DNA of 63,236 nt, the filler included, from Syncephalis fuscata S228 (taxonomy: Eukaryota > Fungi > Zoopagomycota), in the NCBI GenBank assembly GCA_025786725.1. It is 3 parts of 3 records of this genome, joined end to end, with 100 filler letters (N's around TTAATTAATTAA, not from the genome) between each part and the next. Parts side by side here need not be neighbours in the genome. Positions count along the whole stretch, not along the records: positions 1 to 23,439 come from JAHLTZ010000135.1; 2 more parts are not named here. One strand, given 5' to 3'. A program made the translations under genes and the position numbers. Of the stretch, positions 1 through 11,729 are shown piece after piece. Under the pieces are notes generated by a model, which was not told the origin of the DNA, did not search any database, and worked only from the letters and a program-made list of their open reading frames with translations. Numbering within the stretch: position 1 is the stretch's first letter; each line of letters opens with the position of its first letter.

Positions 1-1134
1 ACGAATGATGTAACAATGGTAATAATCCGCATATATGCGATAAAAATAGGCATGTTATCCTGTATTTTTTTGTTACATCGGCTAACTATTTGGTGAAAAC
101 AAAATATTGTTTGGCTTTGTAAAACGATAATGATGTCTTTGCTGCCATTTCTACTGATTTAGTCCTCAATATCTGCATGCATGCAAAATAGCACATAACC
201 TGCCCGGTCTTTACTTCAATCTGTCAGTTATTCGCACGAATGATGTAACAATGGTAATAATCCGCATATATGCGATAAAAATAGGCATGTTATCCTGTAT
301 TTTTTTGTTACATCGGCTAACTATTTGGTGAAAACAAAATATTGTTTGGCTTTGTAAAACGATAATGATGTCTTTACTGTCATTTCTACCAATTAAGTCC
401 TCAATATCCGCATGCATGCAAAATAGCACATAACCTGCCCGGTCTTTACTTCAATCTGTCAGTTATTCGCACGAATGATGTAACAATGGTAATAATCCGC
501 ATATATGCGATAAAAATAGGCATGTTATCCTGTATTTTTTTGTTACATCGGCTAACTATTTGGTAAAAACAAAATATTGTTTGGCTTTGTAAAACGATAA
601 TGATGTCTTTACTGTCATTTCTACCGATTAAGTCCTCAATATCCGCATGCATGCAAAATAGCACATAACCTGCCCGGTCTTTACTTCAATCTGTCAGTTA
701 TTCGCACGAATGATGTAACAATGGTAATAATCCGCATATATGCGATAAAAATAGGCATGTTATCCTGTATTTTTTTGTTACATCGGCTAACTATTTGGTA
801 AAAACAAAATATTGTTTGGCTTTGTAAAACGATAATGATGTCTTTACTGTCATTTCTACCGATTAAGTCCTCAATATCTGCATGCATGCAAAATAGCACA
901 TAACCTGCCCGGTCTTTACTTCAATCTGTCAGTTATTCGCACGAATGATGTAACAATGGTAATAATCCGCATATATGCGATAAAAATAGGCATGTTATCC
1001 TGTATTTTTTTGTTACATCGGCTAACTATTTGGTAAAAACAAAATATTGTTTGGCTTTGTAAAACGATAATGATGTCTTTACTGTCATTTCTACCGATTA
1101 AGTCCTCAATATCCGCATGCATACAGAATAGCAC
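1..1134. repeat. Tandem array of near-identical 235-bp units (~4.8 copies, runs off the left edge)
   Basis: ACGAATGATGTAACAATGG recurs at 1, 236, 471, 706 and 941; the four near-identical 72-77 aa minus-strand ORFs are a by-product of the repeat. Confidence 0.97.
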
Positions 1135-1895
1135 ACAACACTGACGCAAAAAACAAGCTTAATGTATTAAACTGGTATTTTTATATAGATTTTTACTACC
1201 ATACATAGGTCAGCCATAATTTCTTAAATTATAAAATGTGTTGATTGGTACATGTATGCATTCCATTCAACACTATGCCCATTTTTATGGGGCAATCACT
1301 ACTTTGAATTCATAAATACATCACATCCAGGCATATCATGCTACATGTTGTGCAACTGGCATCATTCAAATGGCGGCTAATCTAAATTACTCAAAGTTGA
1401 ATATACGATAAGTACTGTTTGTATCATGATGCATCACAGCGTTTTGAGCAATGGAACATTCCAACAAGTCATTTTCGTCATCAGTTTTCAGCTGTAAACT
1501 AGATTTTATTGGCTAAGCTACACGCAATGCAATATGCAGATACTAGACTAGACACAATAGAAAGTACTAACCAAATACCAGCAGTTTCGAGTGCATAGTG
1601 GTAATAGATTGCATATTAACTAGTAATCGCCTAGAGCTCAGGTACTGTTCAAACTACTAAAAATAATTTTGACAAAAATTCAAAAATTGCACACAGAAAA
1701 GCAAGTCAAAGCAGAAACCAATAGAAAAACAATTGGCAGCTTGAAGGCTTACTGGTTTGGCTTACAGCAAATCATTATTGTCATACCATGTTAGGCTGTG
1801 TTTATCACCGACCTAACTATTAATGATGCAGCTAGAATGATAGCGCTAAACGAAAGTAAAGCATGAAAGCAAAGCATTGTACATAGCATTCAATA
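916..1895. repeat. Segmental duplication, copy A (last 235-bp unit plus ~750 bp unique flank)
   Basis: Near identical to 7244-~8220 (offset 6328); identity decays after ~1480/7810. Confidence 0.92.
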
Positions 1896-3141
1896 AAACT
1901 TCAAATACACACATGCTGTTATGCTTTGGATTCTATAAGGGGAATACTTGAGGGAAGGATGAATGAATAAGGGGAAATCAGACAATAGCGGATGATATTG
2001 TCAACAAATGTCTATTCATGAGGGCATTGACCAGTTAAAATAAGGATTGATATAGTTATATATCACAAGCAATGATTTCACGCTGTTTTAAGTTATCAAA
2101 CAGAAGAAAAAAAATCATTTATTAGATCGAAATGCGCGTTCAGAACCATTATTTCATTCATTTGTTACATAAAAGCATGTACAGCTAAAGCAAATAGTAA
2201 AGTAGTATTGAAGCCATTCTCAATTATAAAATATACAATTTATACTATGTGTAAATGCGCAGCAATACAATATCATATATTGTACCAAACAGGTATCAGT
2301 TTTATTGTTATAATGTCGGTCATCTATTTAATTCACTTGACAATAAAAATTACAGGATGTTGTTACGGTACAGAATTACAGTATTATGGTTGCCTAATTA
2401 TCTACCATGCAATTAATTCATGACATCCACCATTTAATCAAATAGCATGCTAACGATAACATGTGAATAGCCACGACAACCATATACTAAATAGTAGTAC
2501 TAACGATTATAAACAAACAGCTACCCAAGGACATAGTTAGTAAATACTTGTTATTCACTGACGTATGAGCAACCATATGGGCAAGACTCAAGTTCCATTA
2601 ACAATAATATTTACTATAAAATGCTAGCTTTATTGGAATTATAATAAATATATGTGTTTGGTCCTATATTCTTTCTCTGCTTTAGTTACAAGTGTTATTT
2701 AGTTATTAAAAGCCTAACTGTGGTAATCGATAGTTAAACAGAAGAATCATTTATTGTTTATGTTATAATGGCATTAAATTTATATTATACTAATGTAAGC
2801 AATTGATTAGTAGCCACTAACGCTTGGGCGATAGAAGTAAGCGTATGCAAGGCGGTAGTCATTAAGTTACTAGTTGCTAAAATTTAGTGCTAGGTTGTTA
2901 ACAATCAACAATTATTCTTATATCAATACCAGTACAATATCATTTCATTATATGATAGTGATAGATTTGTTACTATTCATGGTATAGTTACAAATAAGCG
3001 CAGTCAACTTTATTGCCAATATACATCACCACAATATCCACATTTAACATTGATATATTCATACTGGCTATGATTATAGCTAATACAATATAATTCTACA
3101 TGTCTTTTGTCAATTTAACTATTTGACTAATAATTAATAAT

Positions 3142-3480
3142 CATTGAATGCAAATAGAACATGGTTATAAATATAGTAATTTGATTGTGTATAGTTAAGA
3201 TGGAACCATAGTTTTATTACTATAAGCTTGCACAGTTGAATAGTAACAACTAAATGCAGTCTTGTTAATAAAAACAATGATTCCATTGATTAAAGACTGG
3301 ATAAACCGGAGCATTGGCCAAAACTTGATATATAAATAGACTGGACGGCGTAGTTGTCAAATGGTCTTGCTTTTTACCGAATATATAGCTAAAGTGTATT
3401 GGAATAGTGGTTTGATTGCACTACCAATGCTGATGTCTTGAAACCATCGATTATGCTGTATTTACAAATAAAGATATTAT
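3142..3480 (-). other. Conserved last-intron end and 3' UTR of the microexon gene family
   Basis: Reverse complement is highly similar to 47630-47967. Confidence 0.85.
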
Positions 3481-6400
3481 ATGTTATATGGTTAAGGCAT
3501 ATTCAGTTAATATATAATGTTACTTACTGTCTATTAATATTAATATATTGATACCATCAGTAAATAGCATAGTTAATATATAGTCGATTAATATATAATA
3601 TTACTTACCGACTATTAATATTAAACAATTGATACAATCAATGAATAGTATAGTTAATGTATAGTCAGTTAATATATAATGTTACTTACTGACTATTAAT
3701 ATTAAATAATCGGTACAATCAATAAATAACATAATTAGTATATAGTCAATTACTATAAAATACCACTTACGACCTGTTAATATTAAATAATCAGTACAAT
3801 CAGTAAATAGCATGTAATTAGTGAGTAATCAATTAATATAAAACACCACTTACTCTCTATTAATATTAAATAATTGGTACAATCAGTAAATAGCATGTGA
3901 TTAATGTATGTCAGTTGATATATGACGTAACTTACTGCCTATTAATATTAAATTATTGATACACACAATATATGATATGTAATTAGCCGGTAGTCGATTA
4001 ATATACAAGGCTACTTACAAACTATTAATATTAAATAATTAGTACAATAAGTAAATAGCAGTTAATATATAGTCAAGAGATATACAATATAACTTACTAT
4101 CTATTAATATTAAATAATCGGTACAATTAGTAAATAGCAGTTAATATACAATACTACTTACTATCTATTAATATTAAAATGATTGATACAATCAGTAAGT
4201 AGCATAGTTAATGTATAGTCAGTTAATATATAATACTACTTACGACCTATTAATATTAAATTATTGATGCACATAGTAGGTAACATGTGATTAGTACATA
4301 GTCGATTAATATAAAATGCTACTTACATCCTGTTAATAAGGTTGTAGATGCACATAATACATAGTATATAATTAGCCAATGGTTAGATAATATACAATGC
4401 TACTTACTGGCTATTAGTATTAATATATTGGGATCATCAGTAAATTGCGTAGTTAATATATAGTTAGTTAATATACAATATAACTTACTAGCTATTAATA
4501 TTAAGTTATTGATGCACGCAGTAAATAGGATAATTAATGTATATTCAATTAATATACAATATTACTTACTAACTATTATTATTAAATAATTGGTATAATT
4601 AGTAAATAACATAGTTGATATACAATACACTTACACCCTATTAATATTAAACAGTTGGTATCATTAGTAAATAGCAGTTAATATAGAAGCAATCAAATAT
4701 ATACTATCATTTACCCTCTATTAATATTAAATAATTGATACAATCAATAAATAATATAGTTAATGTATAGTCAGTTAATATATAATGTTACTTACCGCCT
4801 ATTAATATTAAATAATTGATATCATCAATAAATATTATAGTTAATATATAGTTAACTAATACACAATATAACTTACTATCTATTATGGTAAATAATTAGT
4901 AAATCAATAAATAGCATAGTTAATGTATAGTCAGTTAATATACGATACAACTTACTATCTATTAATATTAAATAAACGGTACAATCAGTAAATAGCATAG
5001 TTAATGTATAGCCAATTAATATACAATACACTTACACCCTATTAATATTAAAAAATTGGTACAATCAGTAAATAGCATAGTTAATGTATAGCCAATTAAT
5101 ATAAAATACCACTTACAAACTATTAATATTAAATAATTGGTACAATCAATAAATATTATAGTTAATGTATAGTCAGTTAATATACGATACAACTTACCGC
5201 CTATTGATATTAAACAATTGGTACAATCAATTAATAGCATAGTTAATGTATAGTCAGTTAATATATAATACTACTTACGACCTATTAATATTAAGTTATT
5301 GATGCACATAGTAGGTAACATGTGATTAGTACATAGTCGATTAATATAAAATGCTACTTACATCCTGTTAATAAGGTTGTAGATGCACATAATACATAGT
5401 ATATAATTAGCCAATGATTAGATAATATACAATGCTACTTACTATCTATTAATATTAAATAATTGATATCATCAGTAAATTGCATAGTTAATATATAGTT
5501 AGTTAATATACAATATCACGAAGGGGACGTTGCTAGCCCAGTAGGTAAGGCAGCGTTTCCCGAGCTGAAGGCTTTAGGTTCAAACTGAGGTTTGAACCAA
5601 TCCTTAAGTGGAAAATCCCCCCAGTTTTCTCTAGTTAACAAATTGCAAACCAGAACCCAATAAGTAGGTCCGGAAACAAGACCTTGGCCAGAATAGCCGA
5701 GGAAAACAATTGGGACCAACTTCAAGAGAATAGTGCTGTGTAGCGCCATTCAAAAAAAGATGGCCCCGCGTGGAATCTATATGGACCAGATTTGCGCAAA
5801 AACGTGGCAGTCCACCCGTTAAAAGTTTGGAAAAGTCCAAATATAGTGGGAAGCAGCGCAAATTCTTTAATTATGTGCAGCGGGGGCTCACAAGCTTTTC
5901 AAAATAAAATAATATACAGTGCTACTTACTCACTAATATATCAAGTCGTTGACACATAGTATATGACATATAATTAGTCCATAGTCAGTCAATATACAAT
6001 GCCACTTACTGCCTATTAATATTAGGTTGTCGATACACATAGTGCATAATATATAATTAGCTAGTGTTCAATTAATATACAATAACTTACATGCTATCGA
6101 TATTAAGTTATTGATATACATGGTGTATGGTATAAAATTAGCACATAATTAGCTAATACATAATACACCTTACACGCTATGGCATTAAGTTGTTGATACA
6201 TATAATACATAATATAGAGTTAGTTTATAAATTATCAACACGTAATTATAATTACAGTCTATTAATATTAAATTGTTCGTGCGCATGATGCATAACATGT
6301 AATTAGTGAGTAATCAATTAATATAAAATATAACTTACATTGAGCTAATATTAAATTATTAATAAATACAGTACATGGTACATAATTAATGTGTGTTCTA

Positions 6401-6673
6401 TTAATATATAATAGGACTTACCGCCTATTGATATTAAGTTATTGATAAACACAGTACATAGTATATAATCAGTGAGTAGTTATTTAATACGCAATACCAC
6501 TTACCATCTATTATAATTATTGTTTAAAAATACTATTAGTAATTATAATGTTATAGCATATTTATTTATTGCAACATACCACGACGAACTAAAGCTGGTT
6601 TAGCATCCACCATGGTTGTAACGGCCACAAGAGCCACGACAATGATGCAAACGGCGGCAATGGAAAGCTTCAT
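3451..6673 (-). CDS. Microexon gene 1: secreted Cys-rich prepropeptide, 66 aa (signal peptide, KPALVRR propeptide, 35-aa CX3C-X12-CX3C mature peptide); 35 exons and 34 introns
   Basis: Exon 1 is 6673-6580 (94 nt, ACC-ATG context, ends G|GTATGT). 33 microexons follow, each flanked by YAG and GTAA(G/T/A): ATG GCG CTCAAT ACT CGT CAT GCA TGA ATA GAT GTC GCG TTT GGT ATA ATA GCG AGG GGT TTA CTA CCA GAT GTC ATA ATA TTT GCA AGA GTC TCA TCG ACA. The terminal exon is CAG|CA-TAA at 3455-3451. The phase-1 join is stop-free: DGAQYSSCMNRCRVWYNSEGFTTRCHNICKSLIDT*. Confidence 0.88.
5513..5909. mobile_element. ~397-bp GC-richer, hairpin-rich insertion inside one intron of microexon gene 1 (possible retroposed ncRNA or SINE-like element)
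   Basis: Abrupt composition change; TAATATACA on both sides (5504-5512 and 5910-5918); A-rich end (AAAATAAAA). Removing the insert and one 9-bp copy restores a normal 78-nt intron (484-397-9). Confidence 0.6.
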
Positions 6674-6810
6674 GGTGATATTGATTTGTTGAGACAAACA
6701 AATAAAAGAGATAGTAGAGTGTGGTTGGTATAGAGTGGGGAGTAGTGTGTGTATTGCAGATAGTAGAGTGTGATGATGATATCGCAGTTGGTTGTGTATA
6801 TTTTGTGGGT

Positions 6811-6818
6811 TATTTATA
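6811..6818 (-). promoter_or_regulatory. TATA box of microexon gene 1
   Basis: TATAAATA on the minus strand ~140 bp upstream of the ATG at 6673. Confidence 0.55.
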
Positions 6819-7065
6819 CTTACGGCAATGCTGAGATGCTAGTATACTGTAGTATATGAGGTACACTATTGATGTGTAATATGAACCAATAAAGCAATCC
6901 AAACAACAGTGGTTTGAGGTGCACATGTACTAATAGATTCATGATGTGATAGAATGCTTTCCAGCCTTGATTTCAACCTGCTTGATCTTGATTTCAACCC
7001 GCCCGGTCTTAGTTTCTATTTGCTCGGCATTTACACAAATACCGCAGTAATTTCAATGAGCAGTA

Positions 7066-8220
7066 CATATGCGATAAAAATAGGCATGTTATCCTGTATT
7101 TTTTGTTACATTGTCTAACTATTTGGTGAAAACAAGATATTGTTTGGCTTTGTAAAACGATAATGATGTCTTTGCTGCCATTTCTACTGATTTAGTCCTC
7201 AATATCTGCATGCATGCAAAATAGCGCATAACCTGCCCGGTCTTTACTTCAATCTGTCAGTTATTCGCACGAATGATGTAACAATGGTAATAATCCGCAT
7301 ATATGCGATAAAAATAGGCATGTTATCCTGTATTTTTTTGTTACATCGGCTAACTATTTGGTAAAAACAAAATATTGTTTGGCTTTGTAAAACGATAATG
7401 ATGTCTTTACTGTCATTTCTACCGATTAAGTCCTCAATATCCGCATGCATACAGAATAGCACACAACACTGACGCAAAAAACAAGCTTAATGTATTAAAC
7501 TGGTATTTTTATATAGATTTTTACTACCATACATAGGTCAGCCATAATTTCTTAAATTATAAAATGTGTTGATTGGTACATGTATGCATTCCATTCAACA
7601 CTATGCCCATTTTTATGGGGCAATCACTACTTTGAATTCATAAATACATCACATCCAGGCATATCATGCTACATGTTGTGCAACTGGCATCATTCAAATG
7701 GCGGCTAATCTAAATTACTCAAAGTTGAATATACGATAAGTACTGTTTGTATCATGATGCATCACAGCGTTTTGAGCAATGGAACATTCCAACAAGTCAT
7801 TTTCGTCATCAGTCTTCTGCTGTAAACTAGATTGCATCGGCTAAGCTACACGCAATGCAATATGCAGATACTAGACCATACGCAATAGAAAGCACTAATC
7901 AAATACCAGCAGTTTCGAGTGCATAGTGGCAATAGATTGCATACCAATTGGTAATCATCCAAGGCCTAAGTGCTGCTCACATTTCTGAAACCACTTCCGT
8001 CAAGCAAGATGAAATATAGAAGAACAAGCCAAAGCAGAAACCAATAGAAAAACAATCGGCAGCTTGAAGGCTTACTGGTTTGGCTTATAGTAAACTATTA
8101 TCGGCATAGCATGTTAGACTGCGTTTATCAACAATCTAACTATTGATGATGCAACTAGAATATTAACGTTAAACCGAGATAACGCACAGAAAACAGATAG
8201 TTGTATATAGCATTTAATAA
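7066..8220. repeat. Segmental duplication, copy B (~1.7 units of the 235-bp repeat plus shared flank), upstream of microexon gene 1
   Basis: Matches the 235-bp units and 1135-1895. Confidence 0.92.
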
Positions 8221-8919
8221 AGCTACAGGGAATATCTATGTAATAGCGCAGTTATTTGTATAAAATTAAACTGATATTCATTAGCAATTAAATGATACTT
8301 TATTATCGTTATAATTATAATACTAGCTGTTTGTACGGACAAATATTTGCAAACACATTGCAAAATATAAAACATATGCTTGCACAGTCATAAGTCCATT
8401 CAATTATTACAAAGCTTGTCAATTGTTTGTCTAAACAAAATAATAGCATCATAGTACACAACTATTTACTATTAAATTTAGTGGTCATCTTCAAAATCTA
8501 TCTTAAATATTGATTTAAACGAGCAAATTATCAACTTATTTTCCATATTATGTTGACGTTATTTTTTATCTATTATAATAATGGTGTATTATTTTTATTT
8601 ACATTTTGATTATATAGAACGATCCAGTAATTAACTGGCACAGGTTATGATTCCAAATAAAGCTCATTACAATAAAATAAGTACTAATAAAAATGCTATT
8701 TAATGTTTATTATACCAAAAATCATATAGCACTTTTATAATTAAAAACTATAAACAAAATATAGATGCACCACAGTAGGATAGTCGATAATACTGGCCAT
8801 TACACGGTATAATAGTCAGTAGTATATGGCATAGCAGTAACTAACTAACTAACTTCTATGCTCACAATATAATACATTCATAATTCAATAAACAAAGTTT
8901 CTTTTATTCATCATTTTTA

Positions 8920-10874
8920 CTATTGCCAATTAGGCGTATCATAGGCAGAATAAACAATGGCTGAGTATGCACGTAACGTTTCTGTATTTGCTATCAACTA
9001 AGAAATTAAATTTGTTAGCACCAAATAAGCAAAACCAATAGGCTACTTACATCAAGGTATGGGTTGGGAACACCATTAAGTATTTCATGTACTTGATGGC
9101 TAATATCCGGCAGTAGTTTAGCCAGTGGTACTTGTTTTATCATAGCTTCCTCTTCGGTCGGTGTTAGTTCATGAATACCCGAACTGGCCATTTTCAAAGC
9201 AGGTAATGGGTCGGGGAAATTCGATACCTGTAGTCGATTAAGTAGCATACCAAACGACTCATTAAGACAATGTGCCAATACAGTAGTAAAATCAGGACTA
9301 TATTAGCATCATTATTATCATTAAATCATAGTAACTATTAGACTAATGTTTACATATCGTGTATACCCATCACTAACCTATCAATAAAGTCGCGAGTCTC
9401 GTCCAATAAACGACGTAAACCAGATGAAATTGGATTAACCGCCGTTGCAGCATCTTCAATGATACCCGATTCCTGTAATACACAAAGCGTATCTTCCTCG
9501 TCATCAGGTAATAACATGGATCGAACGCTAATGTTATTATCAACTATAAGCAAAACTTGTAATAATGTAAATACAAATAACAAACATACCTATCAAAGAA
9601 TGGCAATGGATGCTCAGAAGATATCGATGCAGCATCTTCAATTCGATCCCGTATTTGATTAATCATTTTACTCAAATCCTTATAAGAGCAAGCCTGTCTG
9701 AGACCCACACTAGCAGTAAATAAACAAAAATAAATACAGCCATTAAGTATTTATGAATTAAGACTTACTCTCCAATGACGGCCGTAGTAGCCTCGCGTAT
9801 TCTTTGTACACATGTATACCATCCTACATGCAATAGCCACCAGCTAAAACTAAGATAGTCACGCTCAGTATCGGTAGAAAGATTAGCATCGCTGTATTGC
9901 AGACGCATCTTAACCGATCCTTCAGCCTCTCGGCTCTCCTCAACTCCCGACTCGGCCACCGATGCCACATAGATGTGTCGTCCCACAAGATTCAATTGCA
10001 GATGAGTCAACAATGTCAGCAAGGTAATTAGATATGTGGCAGTAATAGTACGAGTAAAAGCTTTAAATATATTAACTTAATATGATTGATGGCTCATAAT
10101 AAACACTTACAACGTATTTTTAATTCTTGCCATAACTCTGCTTTGGTAAGACGATCTACAATTGTTTGTTTGTTTGTTTGTTTAATTAAATATTAACACT
10201 CCTATTAGCCTCCTACCTAATGGATGCTCCTCTATTGGTGGATCAATGGTATTTTCTTCAATAAAACTAGCCGAAGCCATCTCATGACCATTATCACTGG
10301 CTGTGCTGCTGTTTGTTGCACTATGACCACCATCGCTTACTGTCGCTTCCCCGCCTTCTTTTCTCTCCTTCTCGTCTGAAGCCTCACCCTCTTGACGTTC
10401 AGTCTTATCAACTTTTACAAAGCCACTTCCTGAAGCTGTTGATGCCGACATGGAGTGCGAGACATTTTGTCGATTGTTACGTAAACGCATAGTAATACCA
10501 TCGACGTCAACTTCTGTATCCAGTTGCTCAATCAGCGCTGGTAAAAGTGCCATTACTGTAAATAAACAATCATTTTGATTTTGTTCAAAGCGACGCTTTA
10601 AACTAATAGAATAGCCAGTATATAATATTGTTTCATTAGTAACCAAAGCAGAGTAGACTACTCTGTCAACCTACTCTGTTCGACGAGCCATTTCCTCAGA
10701 CGAACTACGTTGAAAGTTCGCCAATTTATTACGTATAAACCTAGTCGTTCCATAAATACCGCCTACCACACCAGCCGTGATCAGTAGGCCACGCTGGTGG
10801 CGTTTCGTGAAATCCCATATAGGTTGAAGCATCGCGAACCGAATAAAAGGAAAATAATCCTGGAGTGTGGCCAT
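8920..10874 (-). CDS. PEX3: Peroxin-3 (multi-exon)
   Basis: N-terminal KRHQR plus TM segment GLLITAGVVGGIY; LKRRFEQNQNDC motif; FSWWLLHVGW; C-terminal LRAYSAIVYS; start could be 10874 or the downstream MLQPIW. Confidence 0.88.
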
Positions 10875-10985
10875 AGTCTACAAACTACGGCAACGTAAAC
10901 CCGGTCTAATCACGTGACAATACTCGTATACTAATGTGCGTCTATAACCGTATAACGATAATGATTTATTATTATAATATGTTAT

Positions 10986-11582
10986 TTATTTTCTTGGTTT
11001 TCGCTTCTTCTTGCTGCGTAGACGTTTATCAGGCTTTGTAATAAGATAAGGATTGACGCCTTGTCTAATTCATGGTTGATTTGTGTTATTACCAGTAGCT
11101 GCTATTATCAACGCGTCTATTATATTTACCTATACTTTTCAGTCCAATTAAGAATCCAGCGTCGCTGTTGTGGTGTAAATCCAAGTTCATGTCGCATTTC
11201 ATTGGATGTTACAGTAAATAGATGTTGCCAATCCTATAATGTAAAGTTAGTTTAAACAAACGATACATCATAGCTTTGGTGAATAGAACCCGTAATATAA
11301 TAACATAATGACAGATATATATTTGTGTGTATTTAATATACAAATTATTTACCTTGATCTTCTCGCCTAGAGATTCACAGCCACGTCCAATGGCCGTTAG
11401 AAATGTTTTATGATCGGCAATTTTATCTACAAAACGCCTGTCAATAATCGATCCAATGATCTTGTAGAATATTTACCGCGGGGCGCTGGAATTGGACGTG
11501 CCAGTTTGGTCGTGGATAAGGCACGCGTAAATACTGGGCGTGCCAGCTGCCGTGATAGCGACGAGATGGCCGTCCGAAACAT
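10986..11582 (-). CDS. FYV4: Mitochondrial small-subunit ribosomal protein mS41/Fyv4 (IGR domain), multi-exon, missed by the ORF track
   Basis: Manual translation: presequence MFRTAISSLSRQLARP, then TFLTAIGRGCE, DWQHLFTVTSNEMRHELGFTPQQRRWIL, and a basic C-terminus. Confidence 0.8.
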
Positions 11583-11729
11583 AACAACGTGTCGTTGTAG
11601 ATAGTCGTATATATAAAGAAATGAATAAAAAAAGAGAATGAATTTAATTAATGATCATAATAATGAAATAAAAATAGCCACTGCATCAATGTAGTAGCGT
11701 CATCATAACACTTTAGTATATTTGTCATC

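Noticed and set aside
211-1149. Repeated 72-77 aa ORFs (MLFCMHADIED...)
   Set aside because: By-product of the 235-bp repeat; non-ATG starts and no recognisable protein features
5016-5240. 74-aa ORF with periodic sequence (also 46312-46518)
   Set aside because: Read-through of tandem introns; the periodicity matches the intron unit
3480-6510. CRISPR array or centromeric satellite
   Set aside because: Variable segments are only 3 nt, bounded by AG and GT, there are no cas genes, the DNA is eukaryotic, and the 3-mers splice into a meaningful ORF
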